From Amoebophrya sp. A120 (Eukaryota > Protista > Dinoflagellata), in contig CAJINV010000014.1 in NCBI GenBank assembly GCA_905178155.1, positions 1,229,858 through 1,293,857 of the forward strand: a stretch of DNA of 64,000 nt. The letters run 5' to 3'. The stretch's first letter is position 1, and each line of letters begins with the position of its first letter. Shown here one piece after another: positions 35,820-49,900 of the stretch. The translations under genes and the position numbers were made by a program. The notes below the pieces were generated by a model, which searched no databases, was not told where the DNA came from, and saw nothing but the letters and a program-made list of their open reading frames with translations.

Positions 35820-38800
35820 ATGTCGCGGGTTTATTTTGATCCGAGACCGAGAAAAATGCGGATGCGGCCTCGAGCCGCGCTCGCGGTCGCCGCGGTGGTC
35901 GTGCAACGAATTGCGCAAGATCAAGGTAACGAGGACCTTCGATCATTATTTCCGTTTGTCGGCCTCGTTCGCAGCTACACTGTAGGCTCGAAGAACGCGC
36001 GCTTGTCCACAAGAAGAAAATCGAAGCAGGACAGAGACAGACTAGAAAGGACAAGGACTAGGACGTCGGCATCATCTGGTAGTACTTCTACCCCGACTAG
36101 TGCGCGAATAAACCGTAGCTCTGAGGAAGAAAGCGCCGAAGTTGTAGAGGGGCGACCTGCTGATGAAAATGACGTTCCAGTACTTCTTGCAACGCCAGAA
36201 GCAGGTTCGAAAGGAAATTTATTTCAGCCGAATGCTCGTCCGCCTAGTTCCAGCAGCGAGCTTGGTTCGACAAGCTCCGGCGGCGAAGAACTGCATCAAG
36301 CGGAGCAGGGCAATGCTATAATTGCAGGACGACACGAGAAGAGAGGAGATGTAGAAGCAGTGGCAGAAGCGAAGGAGAAGGTAACGTCGAACCCTGCTGT
36401 CACCTCTCGTCCTGCGACAAGGACCCCCGACGTCGCAGTACGAACAGATAGTACAACTACAGAAGATCTTCATCGCCGGCCAAGCAGTACCATGCAACAG
36501 CAGGAGCGCCGTGGTCTAGACCACACCGAAAACAACTATGACGGCGGTGGTAGAACAGTCGCGTTACAACAGCAAACAAGAGGTACAACTAGAATAAGCC
36601 CCACGACCTCCATCAGCAGTGGTTCCTCCACCTCGTTGTCCAACAAGCAGAAGTTTTTAGAGACCATCTCCACCTCGTCTATACGAAAGAAGAGTAGAAG
36701 ACAAGAGGTCCGTCAAAGTGGCCTGGCCGGCACGCACGCGAGAGGGCGAGGTAGTAAAAGTAGTACTGTAGTACTACGACGGTGGTCCACTTCTGGACGA
36801 GAACTACTACAACATGGAGTTGTGCTTGGAGAGGAAGCTGATAGCACGACGGCTGGTAGTAGGCCTACTACAACATCTTCTGATGATGAAAGAAGCAGTA
36901 GTAGTACAACCACCTCTGCGAGGACCAAGCGCGACCAAGAGGACATCGGCGGCAGTGGGAGTGCTGGGAGTAACGACCTGGAGGTTCCTAAATACAACGA
37001 TCACGTTGACCACGACCGCGTTTCTGTGCTGCAAGAACCAACAGAACAACAAGTAGAGGACAAGGACAAGGACAACCAGCTAGAGTCCTCGTTCGGCGGC
37101 GAACAAAAGAACACTACAGCCGCTGCTGGCACCTACTTCTCAGAGATGTTGTTTCATCTCCGTTACGGTGAGCCTCTTGTAGCAGGTCCGGCGAACGTGA
37201 CAGCAACTCCAAGTGAAGTTGTAGACCAAAGCGAACAACTGGAGTCGGAGCCTGACATTATGGCGGTCGACGACGACGAGGAGGAGAATCAGAATGCAAA
37301 TTCGTCCTTTCTCGCCGCTTACTTCCCAACAGTTCTTTCCTCCTTCCTGGAGAATATCAGTGATACTGCCTCGTCATTCGCCACCAAAATGACGAGGAAA
37401 CGGGACCCGGACGAGCGTTCGGTGCGAATCCTGTCGGAGCGGTCCACGTTGCGAAGAACCGTGATTCCCAGTATCTTTCACGACGAAACCAAATTTATCG
37501 AGCACGGAAAATTTCGCTCCTTGCTCAGAATGCAGAAGGCGAATCGAGAGAGGTTGGAAGCAAAGAGGAGGGCAAAGAAGACGGGAAAAATAGTAAATGC
37601 AGCAACGTCGATGCGAGCAGATGAAGACCCTGCAGAGCAGGCGGAGAAGGAAATACAAATACAACAAGAGCCGACTACACGACCAGCTGCTGCAACTACT
37701 ACAGAACAAGGTGATACTAGTAGTACATCAGGATCTCTTCCAACATCGACTTCCGCCGAAGAGGAACTACAAGATAGCCGGAGCGACGCCAGTATTGTGA
37801 AGGAACTGGAGAGTGTAGAAGTGGTTGAACTCTCCAACAAAACCGTGGAGACGAAAATATCCGACTCCCGGTACCCCAGCGCGGACGTGGCTGCGCCAGT
37901 GGGCCACCGACTGCTGATGTCCTCCTCCTCGAGCCCGGCAGACGACGAACACGGCGAAAGCGACGAGCACGGCGACGAACACGCACACGCCGTGAACTAC
38001 CTCGCCACCCACAAGGATTGCACCATCGACGAGGAGCTGGATACGGGGGAGGAGTGCAGTGAGGCGGGGGAGTTCCTGTTCGGCATACCTGCGAACAAAA
38101 TGGAGCAGGGCAACATCGCGATCCAGGTGGACGGCATCCAGGTGGGCCCCAACCGGCCGGGCTGCTACTACGAGCGACAGCAGTCGGGGACGAAGCGGTT
38201 GATCTGGAAAACGGGGGGCGACACCAAGGACAAGCGCAGCAACACGGGGACGTTTCTGTTCGTCTGCAAGGTGTACCACCCGCCGCCGGATTTCCCGGAC
38301 TCGCACATCGTGCAGCTCCGCTACCCCATGATCTTCGTGATGCTGACCCTGTTCGTGTCCGTCCTGGTGTCCTACATCGGCAGGGCCACCCACGATTTCT
38401 TCCCGATGTCGCTCTGGCTGGTGCTGTTCGGGATTTTGACCGACCTGATCGCGTCCCAGTGCGGGTCTAAGTCGTACTTCGGCCGCATTGCGGACGACAT
38501 CCAGCACGTGGACCCGCACATCATCTTTTGGGTCCTGCTCCCCCCGCTGCTGTACGAGGACGGGTCCGGCGCGGACTGGCGGGTGCTGCGGCCGCTGGTG
38601 GTGAACGCGTTGATTCTCGCCGTGCCGGGCGTCATCATCTCGTTTTCCCTGATGGGCGTCCTCATCCGCTACACGCTCCGGATGCCGAGCTTATCGGATT
38701 TACATCAACAGCACATCGTACAGTGCACGTGCTCCGCATCTTCGGCCTGCGAGTACACGGAGGGCGACAACAGGGGGGAGCTCACCCCCGAGGCTGCGTT

Positions 38801-41800
38801 CTCCTACGCCTACACCACGGAGGACGGCACGAAGGGCCTGATCGACTGCGTGGACCGGTCTGGCGGGCCGAGCAAGTGGATCGCGAAGCCGGAAGTGTTC
38901 GGGTTGGAGGGGTCCTGGCCGTGGTCGACCTCGATGTTGCTGGGCGCGATTCTGTCCGCGACGGACCCGGTGGCGGTGATTGCGGCCCTGAAGGCGCTCG
39001 GTGCGCCCGCGCGGCTGACCTTGTTGATCGCGGGGGAGGCGCTGCTGAACGACGCGACGGGCGTGGTCTTTTTCTCGGTCTTCTGGGCCAACGCCAAGGA
39101 CAATGCGGAATTTTCCTTTCTAGGCGCGATCGCCTCCTTCTTTCGGCTCGCCGGCGGCGGCTTTGTGTGGGCTTTTGTGGGGGCGGGATTGATGCATGGC
39201 GCGCTCAAGTTCACGCACCACATGAGCTCCAAGAATTTCCTCTTTCTCACCTTCGCGTGCGTCTTTGGATTATTCCTCGTTGCGGAACAGGAGTGGTTCA
39301 GACCGGTTCACCCATGGTCCGGCGTGATCGCGGTTGTGGTTTTCGCGTTTTACGTGTGCGCGGTCGGCGAGAAGATGATTTTACTGAACGGCGGCGCCCA
39401 CCTGGCCCACGCGCACCACGAGGTGGTCAGCTTCGTCGCCGGGCTCGCGAACGACATCATCTTTTTCCTGGCTGGGATGGTGATCGGGCGTTTTCTGTTC
39501 TACTCGGGGATGGGGGGCGCCGACTTTGGCTTCCTGTTCGTGCTCTACGCGTACTGCCACATAGCCAGGGGGACGGCGATCTTCTCCCTGATCCCTTTGC
39601 TGAACATGTTCGGCTTCGGCATGAACTGGAAGGAAGGCATCATCGGCGTGCTGGGCGGCTTGCGCGGTGCGGTCGGGTTGGCGATGGCGTTGCTGATCGT
39701 GTCCGATGCGAGCGACCCGCCGCTCGATCTCGGGTTCCGGTTGCGCATCGGGTTCCACGCGAGCGGGATCGCGGCTTTGACGTTGGCGATCAACGGGGTG
39801 ATTTTTCCCTACGTTTACAACGCGCTGAACATCTACCCGCCGACCATCCAGGCCTCGCAGACGAAGATGCTGAAGTGCGCGACGCTGGCGGAGGGCATTC
39901 TGTACGAGCGGCTGGCGGAGATGCGAAATCACTGGCTGTTCTGCAACTTGAACGCGGAACACATTCTCGCTCTAGTCCCCAGAATTGCGGACATGCTCGC
40001 GGAGGAGGAGGAAAAGCACGCCGCCGGAGGTCATAACCACGATAAAGGTCATCATCATCATCATGGCCAGCACAAAGACAGCAAGGGGGACAACCACGCC
40101 TCCCACGGCAACAAAACGGTCGCGGACCGGTTACACCATTTACATCACGAGTACCACGGGGACGCGTATTACTTCAAGACGTTTCGGCAGGTCGCGGACC
40201 GGCACGAGGCGAAGTTCACCTGGGAAACGAAGAAGGGGCTGACCAACTTTCTCATCCCGGCGGCCTCCGAGTCCTTCTCGCAACGGAACGAGGACGCGGC
40301 CGCCTGGCTGCACGGGGGCTTCGGGAAGGACTTCGAGATGGTGATCCACATCTACTACTACGCCATGATGAGCGCGCTGGAGCGGTGCAAGATGGAGCGA
40401 CAGGACATGGCCATCTGGCCCGCGGCGGAGATCGGCGAGGCGCTGGAGTTCACGCACGAGGCCATGCAGGGGGTTTTACGGGCAGACAAGTGTCTGACCA
40501 AGGCGGACAACTTGATGATCAAGAAGTTCTTCCCGAAAATGCCGGACGAAATCTGGACGGAGGACCAGGACACGCAGCAACTGTTCGCCTTGGAGGTGGG
40601 GTTCTGCAAGCTCCTGGCCCGCTTGTTCGGCCGCGACATCGACCTGCCCTGGGTGGTGCGCACGGAGTGCTGTCGGACCGTCGGGAACCTGTCGACGGAT
40701 GTGGAGTCCGCGTCGAAAACTTTGCTGCTGTACTGCCTGCTGCTGGAAAACACGCGGGCGAGTCTCCAGCCCATCCTAGCCGGGGGGGACGAAGACGAGG
40801 CCGCGGGCGGCGGGGCGGCCAGGGTCAGCATCGGCGGAGCTGCTCTTGGACGAAAGTCGGTCGCGTTGGAGGCCATCCGCGCGAGCATGAGTGCGGCTTC
40901 TCTGGAGCCGGACCACGACACCAGAAAGTCAAAGCGCGCCGGAGGCGGGGGCGGGCGGAAATCCGTGGCCGGCGGGCCCTCGGCGCGGGGCGTCAAGCGG
41001 GCGCAAAGTGACGGCCTGGACAGCACGGCAAGCATGGACAGCAGTCGGAAGAAGGTATCAAATGCAAAAATGTCTGGGTCTGGAAGAGTCCGAATTTGTG
41101 ATGCTGCATTTGGATTCCAAAAAAATCTGTATTGCATGACCAGCAGGTGCAAAGGGAATGCAGTTTTGGCTACGCGGAGAGGGCATTTGTCATGCGGAAT
41201 AGGCATCGCGAAGCCCTCGAAAAGTCTGTGATGCTACGGCATGCATTACAGACATCATGGCCCATGCAAAACGTGCATGACAGGGGATTTCAAGGTGCAA
41301 AACGTGCATGACAAGGCTCAGAATCTTCCAGACCCAAACGTTTTTGCATTTCATAGAAGAAGAAGAGAGACAAATCTTCGCGGCGGGGATTTGAGGGAGA
41401 ACAGGAGAACAAGCAGTCACTAGAGAAGCAGACCATTGCAGCCATGATGCTTGGGCGAGGCGAAGACGATATGGTGAAGAGGGCGAAGGACAAATTTGCA
41501 CACTTGGCGCATAAAAACCAACATAGTAGTCATGCCAAGAATGCGTACCCCCACGCCGGCGAAGGAGAGGCTAGGAATTCAGACGATTTACGAGAACGAG
41601 ATCTAGAAGAAAACTTGTCACATGATGGTCTACTGGTGGAGGAATCCATTCCGATACTGCTCGGGGCAACGACAGAAGAAGACTCATCGGGGCCGGAACG
41701 TGGTGTCGAAATGAATTCCAATTCTACTTCAAGGCGGGTTGCTAGAACGCCAACATCAACTACACACGGTATTAGGAACAACAGTTCGGGAAAAATTGCA

Positions 41801-42817
41801 CCACCACGGCCGCCCCCGGTGAGCCGCATAAGAGCGGACTTCGGGATTGTGCAGACAGAATCAGGTTTGGACGTTGTAGAGGTGGACCGTAGGCTAAGCA
41901 TGGGCGTATCCAGTTCCAGTTCCGTCGAGATCATGCCACAGATGAGGACTTCTGTTCTTAATACAGGTAGTAGTAGAAGAGATCATATAGTGGCACCACA
42001 GAGACATGAGGACGATGAGGATGGCGATGGACGACACGACCATCGGAAAGAAGTACGAGCACTACGTCAAAGAGCGCCAGCAGCAGCATCTACTACGTCG
42101 GACCACGAGGACCATTCGCTCGATGTAAAAATAGCAGCTGCGCGACCTTCTACTTCAGAAAGGTCATCAACGTCGGAGGAAGCTTCAAAATTCTCTTCGT
42201 CTTCTACCCGTAGAATGAATATCGAGGGCCGCCACCACATGCCCGATCGCGGAGGAGGGGATCCAGACGAATACGAAGGGGGCAGGAAGAAAAAGAAGCC
42301 TCTCCCCTTGGGCGAAGCTCTCAACATGCTGGACCGCAGTCTGAGCGCCGTGCTGACGGCCGCACGGACCACGTTGATCAAATGCGTGTTTGAGAAGTTT
42401 CCCTCGCAGTCCAACATCTGGCTCCACGCGTTTGTGTGCCAGGGTTTGACGCAGGATTTATACAGACAGTTGGAACTATCGGAGAAGAACGGGTTGTTGT
42501 TACCAAACGAATTAGAGCTGTTGAACCACAACGTTTTCCATGCGGTTCTGCACAAGCTCGCAAAGTATAGTAGGTACGCGACCATAACCAAAAACTTCCC
42601 CGATCTAGATATGACGGCGAGACAGTCGCTGTTGATAAGTAGAAATAGAGTTTTATCCGTAGACGATCTACAGCTTCCCATAGGCCCCGTGGTGCTCGCC
42701 AACCTAAATCGCGAAATCGCCCGGAAAAAGCAAACCCGCGACGTGGGGAAGCGGGCCCAGAGAGCGGGCGTCGATAGGAAAAGAAGGAAACAAGAAATGC
42801 TCAGCGCAGACTACTAG
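35820..42817 (+). CDS. CPA1 Na+/H+ exchanger (NhaP/SOS1/SLC9-like) paralog 1, with long N-terminal extension and Cys-rich module; one intron ~41055-41356
   Basis: LLPPLLYEDG, LLGAILSATDPVAVIAAL, LIAGEALLNDATGVVFF, SGVIAVV, GGLRGAVGLAMALL; multiple hydrophobic helices; the downstream exon is in frame with ORF 41444. Confidence 0.92.
41056..41355. mobile_element. Family-A TIR/DR element, 300 bp, DR gaagg/gaaga; also readable as GT-AG intron 41055-41356
   Basis: gaagg|tatcaaatgcaaaaatgtctgggtctggaagag...cttccagacccaaacgtttttgcatttcata|gaaga; internally very similar to 54201-54466, plus a short tandem duplication. Confidence 0.9.
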
Positions 42818-43978
42818 CAAGAGAAGTTTCCTAATTTTTCCATACCCGATGTTTGAAACAATAACAATATTCAAGAGTTTGAGAACGGTTTTCCATATAG
42901 CATAAATTAAAAACAAGCAAGAAAACAAAATCATACCTAAGAAAGCGAGTCTCCCCGGAGTCGCTGAGTATAAACAATTTCTGTCTTCGCATTTTCTACT
43001 TGGTACTACCATGATTTACGCTCTCTGTTAGTTCAGCTTGTTGCGTATTGGGGATCGCGGTTCAAGCACCTCACGCGATCTTAATGCGGTGTTCAATTGC
43101 ACGGCGTCAGATCCAGATGAATGAAATCATCTTATTTTTCGTGCAGTCGACTTGAACACCACCATGAGTCAGTGACAAAGTTGAACTTTTTTCGTCCGCC
43201 TCGTCGGTCCTGCATATTCGGCCTGCAGCTCATCCGTGCGTAGTTATTAGGGTGACCGACTTTCATCGTTGCTCGATACTTTCGGTTTTCAATTGTTTTC
43301 GGTTTCGTACAGGTGTATTGCCGTTCACCACACAAAAATATCATGCGTAAGTGATGTTGTTCACATCGTCTTCGTCCTTTCGTGCTTTGAGAATGAAACA
43401 GATTGCGATTGCGTCACGGTCGTCGTCATTATCTTCCTCTCACATACGAGTTTGCGTTTGCATAAAGAGTTTTTGTTCGTCGCTGGGCACATCGTGGTTT
43501 GTTCTCAAGTGCAAGTCGTGTTACAATGATCTGACAGCTAGAAATTTCCCCACCTAGGTTCATTTCCCCAAAAATTATCTACAACTACGACCTGTGCATC
43601 GTTTCCCTTTTATTGTTCATCCCAACGAGAAAAGAAAAACGAATTCCCCCCTGCTGCATAACGTTTTTACTGGCACGCCGCCCTAGTCAAAAAGCCACTC
43701 CATGACCATGATCCTCTGACCCTAACATGAGCTCGAGCGGTTTAACTTTACGATAGTTTTCTGTTGATGTTCGAGGTCGTACACAGAACCACAACATATA
43801 CCTAGCAACATACCCCAAGTCCTCGAGCCCGACCAAAAGGTCATCACGGTGGGTCGTGAGGACGGCGCTCCTCTTGCTGCACCAAGTTTCTTTGAAAGCA
43901 AGAAGGAGCCTGCGTAGTTTCTGAAGCAAAGCCGCTTGATCAAGATCCAGAGCGTCACGAGCGTCGACGCAGGAAAGG

Positions 43979-46900
43979 ATGCGAATGGTTTTCAGGAACA
44001 ACTACGGCGAAGAAAAGCCGAGGCCACTACATGTTGCGGTCGAAACCGCAATGGCCGGTGGAAAATTCAGAACAAGAAATAGAGGCCAACATGCGCCACC
44101 CCCACCGGCGAGAAACAAGGCGCCATGGCTTATAGGAAGTCGTAATAGGTTGTCGTCCTGCAGCAAGTGGAATACGAATAAGATACGTGGTCTCATCGCA
44201 GGGGCAGGAGTACTACTGTTTGACAGCCTGTTAGTACCTCCGGAAGGTGTCGGCGGCGTCCGTGGCTACACCATCTCCACCGCTTCCAGGTCGAGAAGAA
44301 CGACAACCACATCAAAGGAAATCAGGAGAAAGAAGAGGAGAATAATCGCTACTAACCTCGTTACCGAAGGAGCCGAAGAGCGAAGATCTGACGCAGAAGA
44401 GGTGGAGGTGCATACTCAACAGTCAGCACTCGACGACCAGACGACAAGTTCCTCTAGAAGAAGTACTGAAAGAACAGAGCCTGTAGCGTTCGATGATTCA
44501 TCATCCGTAGCTCTTGATCCCGCCTTAGGCGGCGATGATAAAGCGAGAAGTAGCAAGCAGAAGGAACAATTGTTACAGATTTTATCGAAGCGTAGGACCG
44601 CGTCCTCCTCGCGGAGCACAAAAAGCAGAGGGGACAAGGCACGTGATGAAGCAGGTAGAAAAATATCCCTAACAGGTAGTAGAAGTAGTAGACGTGTAGC
44701 AGGTCCTCGTCCTCCTGCTCGAAGAATACTATCAACAGAAGAACACGACGTCGATGCAGATGGTGAAGAGACAAACGAACTCTTCAACACAGGAGAGGGC
44801 GACAGTACTTCTCCGTCTAGCGACGTAGATCATCCTGGAAGAAGGAGCAGTAGTACAACTTCCAAGTCTTCTTCTACTTCGTCAAAAGAAACAGCTTCTG
44901 CCTTCAATGATGTTGAAACTTCTATGGCAGGTGGAGCAGCCGCAGGAACCCCCCCAACATTAACCGGGTCAGCAGGAGCCGCGGTATCCTTCTTCGAGAA
45001 AATCTCCGAAAAGATAGATTCCGCGAGTAGAACGTTTCTGACACGCAAAAAAGACCCGGACGAGCGCATGGTCCGGATTCGTTCGGAGAAAACGAAATTG
45101 AAAAAAGGCTCCTCTATGCCCAGCCTGTTTTACGACGAGGTTAAATACGTTTCCGCAGAAAGATTTCAGTCCCTGATTGACCTGCGGAGAGAAGAACAGA
45201 AAAAGCAAGCTTTGCAGCTCCAACAGGAGGACAAGATGGCTACTACTTCTACGGGAAAAAATAAAGCAGCTGCTACAAGAATTATATCAAAAGGAGACGA
45301 CAAGAAACCGCGCACCATCGTCTTCAATGCCCCGACTACACAGCCGGCCGCGTCTACTTCAGAGGAAGAACATCAAGCTCCTGCAACTTGGACGGCGGCC
45401 AGCACGACGAGTATAATTCAGACAAGTGGGAATGAACAAGAAAGCCTTGGTCAGCCTCAGCACGAAGAACTACAGGATCAAAAAGCACCGTCTGCGGAGG
45501 CAAGTGCCGTGCCGAAGCCTTTTGAGATGGCAGAGATCACGCATGATATTCTGCAAGCACCACCTCCAATGATGAACAGCATGATCATGTTGTCCTCAAA
45601 TCCTACCGATGCGGGCGCCCACGGAGCCGATGGCGCCGACGGCACACAAGGACATGGAGAGGAGCACGCAGACGGTGATGCGCAACATGGCGAAGAGGAC
45701 GACCACGATAGCCACCATGTTGCGTATTTCGCCACCTACAAGGAGTGCACGCAGTATCAAAAGGAAAAATCCCCCCTCCCCACATCAAAACGAAATTTCT
45801 GATGCTGGATTTGAGTACACAAATCAGGTTTGTATTGCAGGAAAGCATTACGGTCAGATCCCCAGGCTAGGTAGGGGCGTATGCGTCTAGTTGTTCAGCA
45901 TGGCAAGCAGCTCCCCTTTAGGCCCAAGAGCATGACAAATCGCTTCCATAGTGGGGCGGAAGCTTCTGCCCTTGTCTTCTTGCATATACAAATGTGATTT
46001 GCGACCCCAAATCAGCAACGCAAATTTTTGGAAACATACCTTTTCGATATGGGGAGGGGGGATTTTTGCTTTTGATACCCAGGACGAGGAGATCACGAAC
46101 ACGCACGACTGCAAGGCGGCCGGGGAGTATTTGTTCGGCATTGGCGACATGCAGACGGGAAACATCGCCATTCAGTCGGGCGCGTCGGCGAACTCCACCG
46201 GCACGTCCGTCGGGCCGGATCGCGAGGGGTGCTACTACGAAAGACAGGCGACGGGCACGAAACGGCTGATCTGGAAAACGTCCGGCGATTCCCGGGACGA
46301 TCGAAGTAACACGGGCGTGTTTCTCTTCGTCTGCAAGGTACACCACGGGGACGAACACATCGTCCCGATCCGGTACCCTTTGCTGTTCCTCATGGGCGCG
46401 TTCGTCGTCTCTATTGGCGTGTCCTACTTGAGTCCACTCCTCCGCGACATCCTCCCCGGGTCCTTACTCCTGGTCGCGATGGGGTTCTTGACCAACACGC
46501 TAGCACATCTCGCGGGCCACGACAGCTATTTGGGCCGGCTGATCGAGGACGTGGACCACGCGGACCCGCACTTAATCTTTTGGGTCCTGCTCCCACCGCT
46601 GTTGTACGAAGACGGGTCCAGCGCGGACTGGCGGGTGTTGCGCCCGCTGTTCATCAATGCCATTCTGCTGGCGATTCCGGGGGTCATGATCTCGTTCTCG
46701 TTGATGGGCATTCTGATCCGGTCGACCTTGAGGTTACCGGGGTTAGCCGAATTCCACATCCAGCACATTTTGTTTTGCACCGACGAGTCCGCCGCGCAGG
46801 ACGGCACCGGGTTCGTGCACCACCGCACTACTCCGGACGGCGTGCCGGAAACGATCCAGTGTCTGGACCGGGACGGAGCTCCTGCGGAGGTGATCGTCGA

Positions 46901-49900
46901 CCCGGCCGTGTTTCAGGAACACAGCTGGCCGTGGTTCCACGCGTTCCTCCTCGGGGCGATTCTGTCCGCGACGGACCCGGTGGCGGTGATTGCGGCCTTG
47001 AAGGCGCTCGGTGCGCCCGCGCGGTTGACCCTACTCGTCGCGGGCGAGGCGTTGCTGAACGACGCGACGGGCGTGGTTTTCTTCAACGTCTTTTGGGATT
47101 TAGCCCGCGACGACGCGTCGGACTTCAGTTTTTCCGACACCGTGGTGGACTTCGTGCGCCTCGCCGGCGGGGGGACGCTGTTTGCGGGCATCGGGATGCT
47201 GGTCATGCATCTCGGGTTGAAGTACACGCACCACATGTCGTCGAAAAACTTTTTGTTTTTGACTTTCTTCTGCGTTTTCGGCCTGTTTCTCGTCGCGGAA
47301 CAAACCTGGCTGCCGAAACCCTTCATGCCCTGGTCGGGTGTCTTAGCGGTCGTGATCTTCGCGTTCTACGTGTCCGCGTTCGGGCAAAACATGATCCTGC
47401 TGAACGGGGGAAGCCACTTAGCCCACGCGCACCACGAAGTGGTGTCCTTCGTCGCCGGCGTGGCGAACGACGTGCTGTTCTACCTCGCCGGGGTGGTGAT
47501 GTGCCGCTACTTGTTCTACAGCCTGATGACGGGAAACGACTGGATCATGCTCCTCATATGGATGTGTCAGGATCGAAATTGACAAAGTCGAAAAATTTGT
47601 GACGCATAAAATGTAGGGCACTGAAGGCCTGCACTGGGGAGCAGGCAAATAAGACCGATTGTGCGCCTGTTTAGGGGTATACAATGTGCTGCCGGAGTAG
47701 CATGACAGGAGCAGTCATCTTTGCCCAAACAGCATGACAGGCTAGATTTGGGCGCTCCCGAAATTTGTCATGCGCCACTTCGAGACTGAGGCTCCAACTG
47801 ACATCCATCGATTATCGCATCACAAATTTTTCGACTGTGCCAATTTCGATTCTGACACTTCCATACCTCACCCTCTACGCGTATTGTCACGTCGCCCGCG
47901 GGTCCGCAATCTTCTCCCTGATGCCGCTCCTCAGCTTGTTCGGGTTTGGCATGAACTGGAAGGAGGGTCTCATCGGCGTGATCGGCGGGCTTCGCGGGGC
48001 GGTGGGCTTGGCGATGGCATTGCTCGTCGCTTTCGACCATTCGGAGACGCCGCTGGACTTGGGGTTCCGGCTCCGGATCGGGTTCCACACGAGCGGGGTG
48101 GCGTTGTTAACCCTGTGTATCAACGGCGTGGCGTTTCCCTACATTTATAATTTCCTGGACATCTACCCCGCCGGGATTCAGCCCAGTCAAACGAAAATGC
48201 TGAAGTGCGCAACCTTAGCCGAGGGGATTTTGTTCGAGCGGCTCGCGGAGATGAAGGGCCACTGGCTGTTTTCGAACTTGAACCCCGAGCATTTGCTGGC
48301 GTTGGTCCCGCGAATCGCGGACATGCTGGCGGAGGAGGACGAAAAGATCGCGGACCGGAATGCGATGAAGAACACGGTTAAAAAGAAGAGGGGCAAGGAC
48401 AGTGACAGCGAGAAGGAGACTGGTCATGGGGACGGCCACCAGGGGGTCGAGGCAAGGCTGAAGCACCTGCACCACGAGTACCACGGGGACGGGTACTATT
48501 TCAAGACGTTTCGCCACGTGGCGGAGCGGAAAGAGCTCAATTTCCAGTGGGAAAAGAAAACGGGCCTGGCCAATTTTATCCTCCCGAGTGCGTCGGAGTC
48601 TTTCTCGCAGCGGAACGAGGACGCGGCCGCCTGGCTGCACGGGGGGTTCGGAAAGGACTACGAGATGGTGATCCACATTTTCTACTACGCCATGATGAGC
48701 GCGCTGGAGCGCGCGAAGCTCGAGCGGGGCAGCATGGCCATCTGGCCGGCGGCCGAGATCGGGGAGGCGCTGGAGTTTACGCACGAAGCGATGCAAGGGG
48801 TGTTACGCGCGGACAAGTCACTGAACAAGTCCGAGAACCTGATGATCAAAAAATTCTTCCCGAAAATGCCCGTGGACATCTGGACCGAGGACCAGGACAC
48901 GCAGCAGCTGTTCGCGCTGGAGGTGGGATTCTGCAAGCTGCTGTCCCGGTTGTTTGGCCGCGATTCCGACCTGCCCTGGGCCCTGCAAACCAGGTGCTGT
49001 CGCACGATGGGGACCAAATCGACCGACGTGGAGTCGGCCTCGAAGACGTTGCTGTTGTACTGTCTCCTGCTGGAAAACACGCGGGCGAGTCTGCAGCCAA
49101 TCTTGGCGGGTGGGGAAGAGGAGGCCGGTGCCTTGATGGACAAGGGCATCCGACAGTCCGTCGGTGGGGGCGGCGGTGTATCCATAATTGCAAAGCGACG
49201 GCTTCGGATAGTCTGGAAAGTTGTCATGCTAGAATTTGAATTTGTAAAAAGATATCATGTGATGAAGATGAATGGAAGAATATACTGACCACGAGCGACC
49301 GCTAGGCATGATAATGTTTTGTCGTCGCCCCATAAGCGACCGCTAAAAAGATTTATACGAACTGTGGCAAAAATCATCTTCCAGATAAACGTCGTCCGAC
49401 CACGTGTTTGCAATGCATACCTGATGCGCAAGTCCGTGGCGCTGGAAGCCATCCGTCAGAGCATGATGAACTCTGCGGGGAGCGACGATGTGGGTATTCC
49501 GGTGAAAGGCAAGAAAAGGAAATCCGTCGCAGGAGGCGGTCGGGCCAGCCGCCAGGCCAGCGTGCGGAAGAGCGGCCTCCGGTCCAGCAGGAATTCCGGG
49601 CCGGCCAGCGGGCTGTCCCTGTCGCTGGGGAAGAAGAAAAAAAAGAAGAAGGCCGAAGGGGATAGTAAAGACACTAGCGATTACTTTTATCGAATGCAAG
49701 TAGAAGGTTGATGATGGCTGGGTCTGAAAGAGTGCAGAAATGTTGGTCATGCTGGTTTGTCGTAGTGTTACTGACTCAGAAGGTGTCGCGTACAAGCTCT
49801 ACTATTGTACAGATTTTGAGAAGGTGTCTAAATGCCTACGCCGCATGAGAAAAAGTGCCCTCGGTTGGTGACAAGAAGTCGGCAACTTTTGCTGTTGATG

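Noticed and set aside
40000-42817. Cyclic-nucleotide-binding or voltage-sensor domain as in SOS1/SLC9C
   Set aside because: No GE..L/R.A phosphate-binding cassette or S4-like Arg repeat is visible in any paralog tail.
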